This document shows, piece after piece, positions 9,610-18,738 of a stretch of DNA of 64,000 nt. The stretch covers positions 245 through 64,244 of the forward strand of contig CAZGTY010000005.1 of the NCBI GenBank assembly GCA_964528895.1. Direction: 5' to 3'. Made by a program: the position numbers and the translations under genes. Origin of the DNA: an uncultured Blautia sp. (GTDB lineage Bacteria > Bacillota > Clostridia > Lachnospirales > Lachnospiraceae). The notes beneath the pieces were generated by a model, which saw only the letters and a list, made by a program, of their open reading frames with translations, had not been told where the DNA came from and ran no database searches. Each line of letters opens with the position of its first letter. The first letter of the stretch is position 1.

Positions 9610-11403
9610 TCACTCCCACACTTCCTCCCAGGAAATGGAAAGCTTATCCTCTTCAAATTCCACCGGGAGCCAGACATATCTGGAATCTGCAAGCTCATCT
9701 TCGTTCCACCGGTCTCCATAATAGATCCACTGTCCATCCACTGTGCGGAAAATACTTGTACTCTGGCTGTCAAAGGTAACATCTGCCCCCGAACCCCGGC
9801 AGGGATTTCCATCATTTCCCCAGTCCCCGAAAATCTCATCCGCAGACCAGACCCTGGCCTGGTTGGACATCCATCCTGTAGTGCTGGAAGACATAAGATA
9901 ATAGCGCCCGTTATCTCCTTTTATAAGGACCGGTGCCTCCCGCATGGTTCCGGGAAACAGGCGTATATAATCCTCCTTATACACTGCAGTCTCCGGCCCG
10001 GATGATAAATAGGTGTATTCCTCATTCAGTTTGGAAATGTACAGGGTCTTATTATTCTCGCTGGTATAAACAATGTATGCAGTTCCGTCATCGTCCTGAA
10101 AAAGGTTCAGATCCCGCGCCTCTCCCTTTGATCCGGGAAAACAGTCGATCTGTCCCTCCGGGCACTGGCTGAGGCGGTATCTCCCCAGAAAGCGGAAAGG
10201 ACCGAAGGGCGAATCGCTGATAGCGACTCCAGCCATTCCCACATCGTATTTATAGGAATTCTTTTCCGTGCTGTCATCACTGTGAAACCAGAGTACATAC
10301 TTATCTGTTCCCGCATTATACAGCATTTTCGGCCGCTCCATAACCGTATTTTTGTTAATGCACTGAAAGACTTCTTCAAGCTGGGAGTCCGTATAATCCG
10401 CATATAACGCCGTGAAATACGGGTCCGAACAAAGCTGCTCCATGGAATCCACACTTTGCAGCACGTCCCCCTCGAAGGTCCAGCTATGCAGATCTTCCGA
10501 AGAATACACGGCAAAGCAGTTTCCCAAATGTCCGCTGCTTTTGTTCTCCCCGATCCACACATATTTTTCTGTCCTTCCCCCTGTTCCATCCGGAACCGGC
10601 ATTCTTTGGATCTGCCCGCCGTGAGCCTGAATGAGATTTCCATCTGTATCCAGCCACCGGGCGCCCGGAAGAAATTCCTCCGTGTCCGCAGTCATTTCCT
10701 TTTCCTGGTTTTCGTACAGAAAATCCGGGCCATTTCCAAGAACAGAACAGAGCTCAGCAATCTTATAGGAATTTCCAAATGCAAGTGCAGCGATCAAAAT
10801 AACCACAAGAAACGCAATCCAGTACCGCCGGATCCCCGGCAGCTTTTTGTCCTCCATATCCCGGCGTTTCTGAAAAACCTTTAAAACCGCAAGCAATAAA
10901 AGCGGAATACCGTAGAACAGCATCATGGCGCTGGATATACCGCATAACAGGGCAAAAAAAGCACACACAAAGGAAATCCACAGAACCAGTCCGCGCAGGA
11001 TCCCCCCTGACATATTTCTTTTCCGTAAACCAGGGATTATCAGAGAAGTCACTCCGGTCCCTATCAGGAAAGCTCCTGCCGTCCACCAGATCAGCCAGTC
11101 GTCTCCCACTGCATAAATAAACACTGCCGGAAATGAAAAGATCTCTCCCACAAGGAAAAGAATATCTCCCGCCGCATCAGCAAAAGCATTTCTCCGGCTC
11201 CTGTACCGCCCAAACGCTTCTACTGCTTCCCCCAGGCCGCACAGGCAAAAATTCACCGCCATAAATATCATGGTAAAAGAAGGGCTGATGTTTGTCGCAT
11301 ATATAGCTGCCGCAAATAATATCACGCATAAAACGAATATAACCATTTTAGTTTTCTCCGAATCGTTTTTCGTATACTTCATATACCAGCGTTTTTTCCG
11401 CAT
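9610..11403 (-). CDS. GH43 glycoside hydrolase (exo-beta-1,3-galactanase-like, GH43_24-like) fused to a polytopic membrane domain
   Basis: Several N-terminal TM segments; IQAHGG, ERPK, RDLNLFQDDDGTAY, REAP, FDSQST, YGDRW motifs; start uncertain (11403 or 11382). Confidence 0.85.
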   Translation of the reverse strand: MRKKRWYMKYTKNDSEKTKMVIFVLCVILFAAAIYATNISPSFTMIFMAVNFCLCGLGEAVEAFGRYRSRRNAFADAAGDILFLVGEIFSFPAVFIYAVGDDWLIWWTAGAFLIGTGVTSLIIPGLRKRNMSGGILRGLVLWISFVCAFFALLCGISSAMMLFYGIPLLLLAVLKVFQKRRDMEDKKLPGIRRYWIAFLVVILIAALAFGNSYKIAELCSVLGNGPDFLYENQEKEMTADTEEFLPGARWLDTDGNLIQAHGGQIQRMPVPDGTGGRTEKYVWIGENKSSGHLGNCFAVYSSEDLHSWTFEGDVLQSVDSMEQLCSDPYFTALYADYTDSQLEEVFQCINKNTVMERPKMLYNAGTDKYVLWFHSDDSTEKNSYKYDVGMAGVAISDSPFGPFRFLGRYRLSQCPEGQIDCFPGSKGEARDLNLFQDDDGTAYIVYTSENNKTLYISKLNEEYTYLSSGPETAVYKEDYIRLFPGTMREAPVLIKGDNGRYYLMSSSTTGWMSNQARVWSADEIFGDWGNDGNPCRGSGADVTFDSQSTSIFRTVDGQWIYYGDRWNEDELADSRYVWLPVEFEEDKLSISWEEVWE

Positions 11404-12634
11404 TGGCGGTCGCCGTATTTTCGTAGGCTGCTTTTATTTCCTCAAATGTCGCCTCAGACAGATCTACCGGTTCTGCATTCAGCTCAAACAGTCCCCAGTT
11501 TGTATGAGCGCCCGTTTTCTCCCTGTAGGAATAGGAATTGGTCTTATATGCCCAGGATGCATAGGACCAGCCCCTCTCTTCAAAATAATCCATTGTCTCA
11601 TTCCAGTCTTCTTCACTGTCCCAGGCATTCCATTCCCCGATAAACACTGGTGCATCCGCTCTCATAAAATTGTGAAGGGCGTTATAAAACATCAGGCACG
11701 TCTTCTGTGAAAGGAAGGTATTATTATAAATATGATATTCAAGACAAATATTGTTCCAGTCATAATTCCCCAGCCTGCTCCCATGGATGGGAAAGGTAAA
11801 ATATTCGATAAAGATCATATGATTTTCATCGATTGCGCGGACCGCATGATACAGCTCATCGTAAAAATCCGTAGTGACTTTTCCACCATATTTTCCGGCC
11901 GCGCGGCGCGGTTCATTGAGGAGATCATAACCGGCGATCACGCTTCGGTCTTTGTACCTCCCGGCGATGTTCTGCCAGAGCGAAATCGTCTTTTGCCGGT
12001 TTTCCTCATTATCAAAAAGATCAAACTGCGTATCGTCTCCTGAATGAAAATCCTGATTCTGGGAGCCGATGGCTCCATGCAGATCCAGAACGGCATATAA
12101 GCCATACTTTTCACACATATCAAGAGCAAAATCAAGATACTGGAAAGCATCCTCCCTGAACGTCACGCCATCTGTTGTAAGATTCATGTAGGTAAAATTG
12201 ATCCGGACGGTATTAAGGCCAACCGAGGCAATTGTGGCAAAATCCTCCTCGGTGATATATGTGCTCATATAGAGATCATAAAGCTCCTGTATTTCTTCCT
12301 CTGTCAGATTCGGATTATCACGCATAGCTTCTTCTGCACGCTTCGTAGTATAAATACCCGTATCGTAATCCCCCACGTCAGCCACGCTCATGTAAAATTC
12401 CTGTACGAACCAGTTACCCAGATTTACACCCCTCAACGTCAGAAGATTTCCTTCTCCATCATAGAGATTGCTTCCCACCGCCTGTACAAACCCCGTGGGT
12501 TCCAGGATTTTTTCCGGCCTGTCCGGATTGGGATTTTTTAAAAACAGATAAATGAACAGAAGCAGGCAGACCAACAGGGCGCCAGCCAGAATCCACAATA
12601 TTCCACGTATTATTTTCCTTCTGCCTTTTTTCAT
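11348..12634 (-). CDS. GH5 glycoside hydrolase with N-terminal membrane anchor
   Basis: RBS GAGGAG before ATG 12634; LRGVNLGNW, LDLHGA, YDLLNEP (acid/base), EYHIY, FIGEW (nucleophile). Confidence 0.9.
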   Translation of the reverse strand: MKKGRRKIIRGILWILAGALLVCLLLFIYLFLKNPNPDRPEKILEPTGFVQAVGSNLYDGEGNLLTLRGVNLGNWFVQEFYMSVADVGDYDTGIYTTKRAEEAMRDNPNLTEEEIQELYDLYMSTYITEEDFATIASVGLNTVRINFTYMNLTTDGVTFREDAFQYLDFALDMCEKYGLYAVLDLHGAIGSQNQDFHSGDDTQFDLFDNEENRQKTISLWQNIAGRYKDRSVIAGYDLLNEPRRAAGKYGGKVTTDFYDELYHAVRAIDENHMIFIEYFTFPIHGSRLGNYDWNNICLEYHIYNNTFLSQKTCLMFYNALHNFMRADAPVFIGEWNAWDSEEDWNETMDYFEERGWSYASWAYKTNSYSYREKTGAHTNWGLFELNAEPVDLSEATFEEIKAAYENTATANAEKTLVYEVYEKRFGEN

Positions 12635-12658
12635 AACCGACTCCTCATGCGGATTCAA

Positions 12659-12689
12659 AGGGGGCGTTCCGCTTCCGAAACGCCCCCTT
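12659..12689. terminator. Stem-loop downstream of the triple-repeat gene
   Basis: AAGGGGGCGTT...AACGCCCCCTT; weak U-tract on the coding strand. Confidence 0.6.
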
Positions 12690-12733
12690 CTCATACCTTC
12701 AAAGAATTACAGATTTTATAACTGCCAGACAGA

Positions 12734-13795
12734 TTATTCGATCGGAAGCCAGATGTTCTGCTCCTGCGCCTTTTCAATGATGAGAGGCGTATCGGTCTGC
12801 ATAAAACCGGTCTTATCCTCAACGATCTTCCACTCATCTCCATCCTTCTCTGCCACTGCCTTCTGATCATCGCCATAGAAGTTGCAGAGAATTTCCATCT
12901 TGGACTCATCCTCGGTAGAAGAAATGGTAACTACCATCTCTGCGCCGATGTCTTCGATGGTGTAGTCGATTGCTGTGTATTTGTCATAGTCCGGATTCGG
13001 ATCAAACTCCGGCTCTACAGGAAGCTCGCCGTCTGCTGCTGCGTCATCCGCTGCCGCGTCATCTGCGCCTGCCAACAGAGCTGCCTCTTCTTCTTCATCC
13101 GTAGGAAGCCAGATATCCTGCTCCTGTGCCTTTGCAATGATAAGCGGAGTATCGGTTGCCATAAAGCCAGTCTTATCCTCAACGATCTTCCACTCGTCTC
13201 CATCCTTCTCAGCTACAGCCTTCTGGTCGTCGCCATAGAAATTGCAGAGAATCTCCATCTTGGACTCATCTTCGGTAGAGGAAATAGTTACTACCATCTC
13301 TGCACCAATGTCCTCGATCGTGTAGTCGATTGCCGTGTATTTGTCGTAGTCATCTCTGTTCGGCTCAAATTCCGGTTCTACAGGAAGTTTAACCGCTGCG
13401 GTCTTCTCTCCGTCTGCCGCATCTGCTGCCGGTTCCTCGCCAATAGCTGCCCACTCGCCCTCTGCAAGAGCCTTCTCGATAATGAGCGGCGTATCTGTCT
13501 GCATAAAACCGGTCTTGTCCTCTGTTACCTTCCATTCATCTCCGTCTTTCTCAGCTACTGCCAGCTGATCATCGCCGTAGAAATTGCACTGGACTTCCAT
13601 TTTGGAATCATCGTTCATAGCGGATACGGTAACAACCATTTCCGCTCCGATGTCCTCGATGGTATAATCGATTGCACACCATTTCTCATAATCCGGATTC
13701 GGATCAAATTCAGGCTCCGGAGCTGCCATTGCTGTTGTTGCCATGGCGCATGTCATTACCGCCGCCAGTAACATAGCTGCTGTTGATTTTTTCAT
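12734..13795 (-). CDS. Secreted, very acidic protein with three tandem ~93-aa unnamed domains
   Basis: Signal peptide ending AMA|A; repeats EPEFxPN..YxKxxAIDYTIEDIGAEMVVTxS...CNFYGDDQxAVAEKDGDEWK..EDKTGFMxTDTPLIIxKA...W joined by Ala/Asp linkers. Confidence 0.9.
   Translation of the reverse strand: MKKSTAAMLLAAVMTCAMATTAMAAPEPEFDPNPDYEKWCAIDYTIEDIGAEMVVTVSAMNDDSKMEVQCNFYGDDQLAVAEKDGDEWKVTEDKTGFMQTDTPLIIEKALAEGEWAAIGEEPAADAADGEKTAAVKLPVEPEFEPNRDDYDKYTAIDYTIEDIGAEMVVTISSTEDESKMEILCNFYGDDQKAVAEKDGDEWKIVEDKTGFMATDTPLIIAKAQEQDIWLPTDEEEEAALLAGADDAAADDAAADGELPVEPEFDPNPDYDKYTAIDYTIEDIGAEMVVTISSTEDESKMEILCNFYGDDQKAVAEKDGDEWKIVEDKTGFMQTDTPLIIEKAQEQNIWLPIE
12737..13720 (-). repeat. Three intragenic repeats (about 13720-13442, 13381-13100, 13018-12737)
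   Basis: Near-identical peptide units; units 2 and 3 are the most alike and differ mostly at synonymous positions. Confidence 0.9.
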
Positions 13796-13914
13796 ATCTG
13801 ATTCTCTCCTTTATATTTTTTATTTGCAGCCGCCCGTAGTCTGTCGGACAGCCGGGCAGCCGCGCTATTTCTGCACTGCCATTCGCGGCAGTTACATTCT
13901 TACAAAAGTGTTTC

Positions 13915-14301
13915 CTATGCTTCCTTAGCCATTGACATAAAGGACGCTACGATGTTCAGAAGCATACCCACAACTGCCACAACGCAGAAGGTAATGAAGC
14001 CCTGGATCGTATCCATTCCGTCCAGACCCGCGATCACATAACCGATCTGGTTGACCATCAGGCTAGCGCTCCAAACAGCCGCGCTGGCCATCAGCGCCGC
14101 GTTGATCACAGGGACCACATTCGCGATGGAGGTCCTTCCAGCCAGAATAAACGCCAGAACGCCCAGTACGATAGCTACCGCCAGCAGAATATATACTGCC
14201 TTCATTTTATACATTACGGAGCCGTAGAGAAATATTCCTACTATCGCGAGAATCGCGGCTAAAATTGTCAGATAAAAACCGCCTGCTTTTTTCTTATTCA
14301 T
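13915..14301 (-). CDS. Small 4-TM membrane protein, GH3-associated
   Basis: Four hydrophobic segments; RBS GGAGGT; starts 17 bp after the GH3 stop. Confidence 0.8.
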   Translation of the reverse strand: MNKKKAGGFYLTILAAILAIVGIFLYGSVMYKMKAVYILLAVAIVLGVLAFILAGRTSIANVVPVINAALMASAAVWSASLMVNQIGYVIAGLDGMDTIQGFITFCVVAVVGMLLNIVASFMSMAKEA

Positions 14302-14318
14302 TCTTCACACCTCCCAAA

Positions 14319-17300
14319 TCATGCCTGTGCTTTTGCTTTTTTAGCCTTGAGAAGACCTACTACAGCGAACAGAACTGTCAGCACACCGAATGCGATCTCC
14401 GCTCCCAGAATAGCATTCTGCCACCATGTAGTTACATACTGAATCTCTGTGGTAGAGCTGATACCGTTCATTGCATTGCTCTGCGCCAGCTGGTATACCC
14501 AGAATTTCAGGTTAAATTTCATCATTTCCTGGAAGGTCTGATCCTTCTGGATTTCACTCTTGGACGCCGCCATAGTTCCGATCTCCGCAGTATCGTATGC
14601 GGAAGATGTCAGGCAGTTTCCTCCGCCTCCTGCAGTGATGTCCCGCCAGTTCATGTAATCCGCGCCGTTGATCATATCGGTATTGAACCAGCCTTTATAT
14701 CCCCACTCATCTCTTGCAATACCCACAAGCGTAGCTTTATATGCGCCTGCATAGGAGGTACCCGCACGGTTAAAGGAGGTCATAATGCCGGCAGCATTGT
14801 TCAGAGACATTTCCATCTGGAAGCTCCTCAGCTCGTTCTCACGGGCAGCCTGCTCAGTCATAAACGTAGAAAGACCGGAGCGGTTGGATTCCTGATCATT
14901 GAAAGCAAAGTGCTTCGGCTCCGCCATGGTGCCCTTCCCTTTCAGTCCAACACAGAGCGCATTCCCGCTCAGTGCGGACAGCATTGCATCTTCAGAATAA
15001 TATTCATGGTTACGTGCGCAGTAAACAGTCCTGTGGAGATTTGAACCCGGTGCGAAAATAGAGCTCTCATTTGCCCAGAGTCCATCCTCCCCGAGGAGCT
15101 CGCCTTCTCTTTCGATCAGTTCAAGATTAAAGGTCGCGGCAACCATCGGCTCAGTCGGCATTACTGCCATACGCCAGGTCGCCCTGTCATCGCTCTCTGT
15201 GGTGTAGTAGTCTTCACCGGAAAGATCGGAGGACCATCTTACAAAGTAACCTCCCACCTGGTCGCCGGTATATCCCAGAGGGCCATCGTTTGCATAGGTT
15301 CTCGGAAGCTGGATGGAATCAACGTTTTCCACGTCGTCTCCGCCCTTCTCGATGAACTGAATTGCCTCGTCCAGGGTAAACTGGTCAAGAAGCTGATCCC
15401 ACATCGGATCATCAAAGTCCAGAACGCCCGTATAATTTCCGTCTTCATCAAAGGTCATCATATCCACGATCTTCAGACCGCTGTCAACGCCCCACTGAAC
15501 ACCGCCGTTTTCGCCGGAGTTTTCATTGAGCTCATACAGACTGTCTGTCAGACCCACCATCATCGCTTCTGTGGGAGTGATCGCCTCTACCGGCTCCCAG
15601 CCCTTTGTCCAGTCGCTTCTTGTGGTGTATTCTACCGTGTTCTCGATGAGTTTATTGATATCCATATCCTGCAGCTTGTTTTCAACATTTTCAGAATAGG
15701 TTTCGACATCGGCTTCGCCGTTATTCCAGACGATGGCGTTGTCCGCATCGATCACTTCATCCTCTGTGGTGGAAACAAGGTCTGCATCGCTGCCTGTCTT
15801 GTTTGCCAGGACATTGTTCAGAGCCTCATGAGCGCCGTTGCCGATGGCGAAATAGTAATCGCCCTCTTCCAGAACCCATGCGCCCACAGTGCCGTCCTCT
15901 TTTTCCGCGTTCTCATCGTAGCTGGCGATGTAGGCGGGATCAAATTCGATGGTAACCTCCTCGGAATCGCCAGGCTCCAGAACCGCGGTCTTTGCATAGC
16001 CTACCAGCTGGATCGCAGATTTCTCAAGGCCTCCCTCCGTATACGGGGTCTGAACATAAAGCTGAACCACATCCTTGCCGGCCACATCACCGGTATTGGT
16101 CACAGTCGCCTTCGCTACGCCGGTACCGCCGATCTCTACCTCTACTGAATCAAGCTTCTGCTCGAAGGTCGTATAGGAAAGGCCATATCCAAACGGATAG
16201 GACACTTCATTTTCATATACCCATCCGCTTCCGTCGGAAGAGCCCTCAGCGGCGTCCGCATTGCCCTGTCCAAGGACAGAATCCTCATAACGGGTCTCAT
16301 AGTATTTATAACCCCTGTAGATACTTTCAGACTCTACCAGATACCAGTCGCCCTTATCGGTGTCACTGAGCTTCTCCACGCCGTCGGACGCGGAACCATC
16401 GTTAGAGTTATTTGTGTACATATAAACGCCATAGTTGACCATGGCCGGTGCGGAAACAGAATTTACCGCATAGGTGTCGGAAATATGGCCGGAGGGATTT
16501 ACCTCGCCCGCAATCACATCCGCCACGCCCAGGAAACCGTTCGCGCCCGGCTCGCCTGCCCATATGATAGCGCCGATCTCATCGTCCTTTTTCAGCTCAT
16601 CGATCTCAACCGGATTGTTTGCGTTGATCATGACAACCACCTTGGTGCTGTGCTCCTTTGCCAGCTCGATCATATCGCGCTCGTTATCGGAAAGAGCAAG
16701 AGGACGCTCATAATTATCGTTCTCGCCGGCGCTCATATCCGGATTATAGTCCGCCGCCTCAGAGCTGTCACGGGAAATCACCACCACTGCGACCGTATCA
16801 TCCGCCGATTCCAGAATACTGTCCGTATACTGATCTGCCGGAAGCTCGCCCACATTGTAGGACGACGGGTTTTCATACATAGTGCCGAACGATGGCTGAA
16901 GGGAATGTCCGTTTTTCCTGCCATAGTCGTCTGTCTTCGCCATATACAGCTTGATCATTTCTTTATTAAGCTCAAAACCCTTTTCCTCAAAAGCCGTCTC
17001 AATATCATACTGAACCTGATCCGCTTCTGAATCAACGGATACAGAAGAACCGATCATACCGCCCAGCGTCGGATTGTGAGAATTCAGGCCCCACAGAGTA
17101 ACCTTATCAGATCCGGTATCCAGCGGAAGCGTATTATCCAGATTCTTAAAAAGAACAGCGCCTTCCTCAGCGATCTCCTCAGCCAGCGCATTCTTGGCAT
17201 CGGTCAGCTCTGTCAGGCTGGAAAATTCAGATTTAAAATATGTAGAATCCGTCTCCTCTTCTGAACCAGTGTCAACTGCCTTGTAGTTTGATGTGCCCAG

Positions 17301-17426
17301 ACGGGTATTGATGAATGCAGCATTCGCATTTGCAATGGCAGATGCTCCAAACATAATCGCAAAAAGGCTGGCTGAAACAGAAGTCAGACCACGCCATACG
17401 CCCGAGGACTTCTTTTTGTTGCTCAT
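14319..17426 (-). CDS. GH3 beta-glucosidase, permuted domain order, N- and C-terminal membrane anchors
   Basis: EGAVLFKN, NPSGHISDTY, YPFGYGLSYTTF, GKDVVQLY, RNHEYYSED, KHFAFNDQE, DEWGYKGWFNTD; C-terminal TM plus Lys tail. Confidence 0.94.
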   Translation of the reverse strand: MSNKKKSSGVWRGLTSVSASLFAIMFGASAIANANAAFINTRLGTSNYKAVDTGSEEETDSTYFKSEFSSLTELTDAKNALAEEIAEEGAVLFKNLDNTLPLDTGSDKVTLWGLNSHNPTLGGMIGSSVSVDSEADQVQYDIETAFEEKGFELNKEMIKLYMAKTDDYGRKNGHSLQPSFGTMYENPSSYNVGELPADQYTDSILESADDTVAVVVISRDSSEAADYNPDMSAGENDNYERPLALSDNERDMIELAKEHSTKVVVMINANNPVEIDELKKDDEIGAIIWAGEPGANGFLGVADVIAGEVNPSGHISDTYAVNSVSAPAMVNYGVYMYTNNSNDGSASDGVEKLSDTDKGDWYLVESESIYRGYKYYETRYEDSVLGQGNADAAEGSSDGSGWVYENEVSYPFGYGLSYTTFEQKLDSVEVEIGGTGVAKATVTNTGDVAGKDVVQLYVQTPYTEGGLEKSAIQLVGYAKTAVLEPGDSEEVTIEFDPAYIASYDENAEKEDGTVGAWVLEEGDYYFAIGNGAHEALNNVLANKTGSDADLVSTTEDEVIDADNAIVWNNGEADVETYSENVENKLQDMDINKLIENTVEYTTRSDWTKGWEPVEAITPTEAMMVGLTDSLYELNENSGENGGVQWGVDSGLKIVDMMTFDEDGNYTGVLDFDDPMWDQLLDQFTLDEAIQFIEKGGDDVENVDSIQLPRTYANDGPLGYTGDQVGGYFVRWSSDLSGEDYYTTESDDRATWRMAVMPTEPMVAATFNLELIEREGELLGEDGLWANESSIFAPGSNLHRTVYCARNHEYYSEDAMLSALSGNALCVGLKGKGTMAEPKHFAFNDQESNRSGLSTFMTEQAARENELRSFQMEMSLNNAAGIMTSFNRAGTSYAGAYKATLVGIARDEWGYKGWFNTDMINGADYMNWRDITAGGGGNCLTSSAYDTAEIGTMAASKSEIQKDQTFQEMMKFNLKFWVYQLAQSNAMNGISSTTEIQYVTTWWQNAILGAEIAFGVLTVLFAVVGLLKAKKAKAQA

Positions 17427-17493
17427 AAAATCCCTCCCTAACTTTTTTCATGCATAATAAAATCCTGCATAATTACGCATTTTCATACTATGA

Positions 17494-17562
17494 ATTTTAT
17501 CATATTTTCATTTTGAAAAAGATTCTTCCTACGCAAACTGCGTGTTTTTTGACGCAAAATGC
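17494..17562 (-). promoter_or_regulatory. GH3-operon promoter with 21-bp-period direct repeat
   Basis: Extended -10 TGaTAAAAT (17502-17494); plus-strand ACGCAAACTGC at 17531 and ACGCAAAATGC at 17552. Confidence 0.6.
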
Positions 17563-17644
17563 AGTCCTTTTTGTGCATTTTAACTTAACATGAAATTATT
17601 GCCAAAAGTAAATTGTGTAAATTGTGCAAAAGTCCCAATTTCTA

Positions 17645-18706
17645 TCATATGCCAAGCTTTTCGTCCAGATATGCTTTTACCTTCGACAGATTTTCATCAC
17701 AGTAAAACATATCCGCAGCGTGGCCATAATTCCTGAAAAGCTCAAACTCCACACTGTCTTCGCCGACATATTCCTCCATGACCTCATTCAGGTCCTTCGA
17801 CTGAAGCCAGGGCACCGTAATATCCGCATCCCCGTGCCAGATCAGCATGTGCTTTCCACTGTCCGCGTTCAGGTTCTTTTTTATATAATAAGCCGGAGAT
17901 GTCCGATTGATCTCTTCCTCAGAGCACTGATCCAGCTCCTTGCGAAGCCAATAGCCCTCCATGGAGCTGTACTCCTCCGCATTGTTCTCCTTCAATCCGT
18001 TTTTCAGCCACATGTTTGCGATAGCCCGAACAAATCCGGGAATCCCCAGCTCCTGAAACTGTGTTTCCATCGCGCCGAACTCCTCGCAGCCGTAGAAATT
18101 CACGATCACATCCACATCTGACGTCACCGGTTCCTCCAGCTCATCCTCCCCGATGAATTTCACACCGTGGAAATCCCCGTCTGTGGTAACTCCGGCCATA
18201 GTGGACAGATAACCGCCCGCAGATTCTCCCCATACGGCGATTTTTTCCGCATCATATCCATATTCATCCGCGTTCGCCTTCAGGAAACGGATCGCCGCTT
18301 TCACATCCTCCACTGCCCCGGGAAAGGGTTCTTCCGGAGAAAGACGGTAATTAACCGACGCGCACGCATAGCCATGATCACGGAAAAAACGGTACATAAA
18401 CTGTGCCTGCCGTGTCTGGCTGTCCCCTGATAAGAAGCCGCCGCCGTGAATCAATACGAAAAGCGGCGCTTTTCCCTCGCTCTCCGGCACATAAAGATCC
18501 ACATAATCGCTCTCCGATACCTCCGAGTACTGCAGCTTTTCATAAGTTTTTCCGCCGTCCCACTCCGTGGAAGTATCCAGCTTTACCTTCTTTGCAGTGA
18601 GATTATGCCACACGGCTCTGGTCATCTCATGATTAACGCCCAGAAATATGGCAATCGCCGCAGCAATCACTCCGGCAATGAGCAGCGCTTTTTTCTTTCT
18701 GGTCAT
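17645..18706 (-). CDS. Alpha/beta-hydrolase (HSL-like esterase/lipase) with N-terminal membrane anchor
   Basis: HGGG oxyanion motif, GESAG nucleophile, WHGDADITVP, YGHA; RBS GGAGG before ATG 18706. Confidence 0.9.
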   Translation of the reverse strand: MTRKKKALLIAGVIAAAIAIFLGVNHEMTRAVWHNLTAKKVKLDTSTEWDGGKTYEKLQYSEVSESDYVDLYVPESEGKAPLFVLIHGGGFLSGDSQTRQAQFMYRFFRDHGYACASVNYRLSPEEPFPGAVEDVKAAIRFLKANADEYGYDAEKIAVWGESAGGYLSTMAGVTTDGDFHGVKFIGEDELEEPVTSDVDVIVNFYGCEEFGAMETQFQELGIPGFVRAIANMWLKNGLKENNAEEYSSMEGYWLRKELDQCSEEEINRTSPAYYIKKNLNADSGKHMLIWHGDADITVPWLQSKDLNEVMEEYVGEDSVEFELFRNYGHAADMFYCDENLSKVKAYLDEKLGI

Positions 18707-18738
18707 TTCATCCCTCCTTCTCCGGATAAAACATTTTA

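Noticed and set aside
12737-13720. Repeated DNA as a possible CRISPR array or mobile repeat
   Set aside because: Units are about 280 bp, in-frame and diverged at synonymous sites; no spacers or cas genes
17525-17575. GCAAAC...GACGCAAAA resembling a c-di-GMP-I riboswitch
   Set aside because: Wrong strand for the downstream operon, no GNRA tetraloop or receptor stem; better explained as a DNA direct repeat
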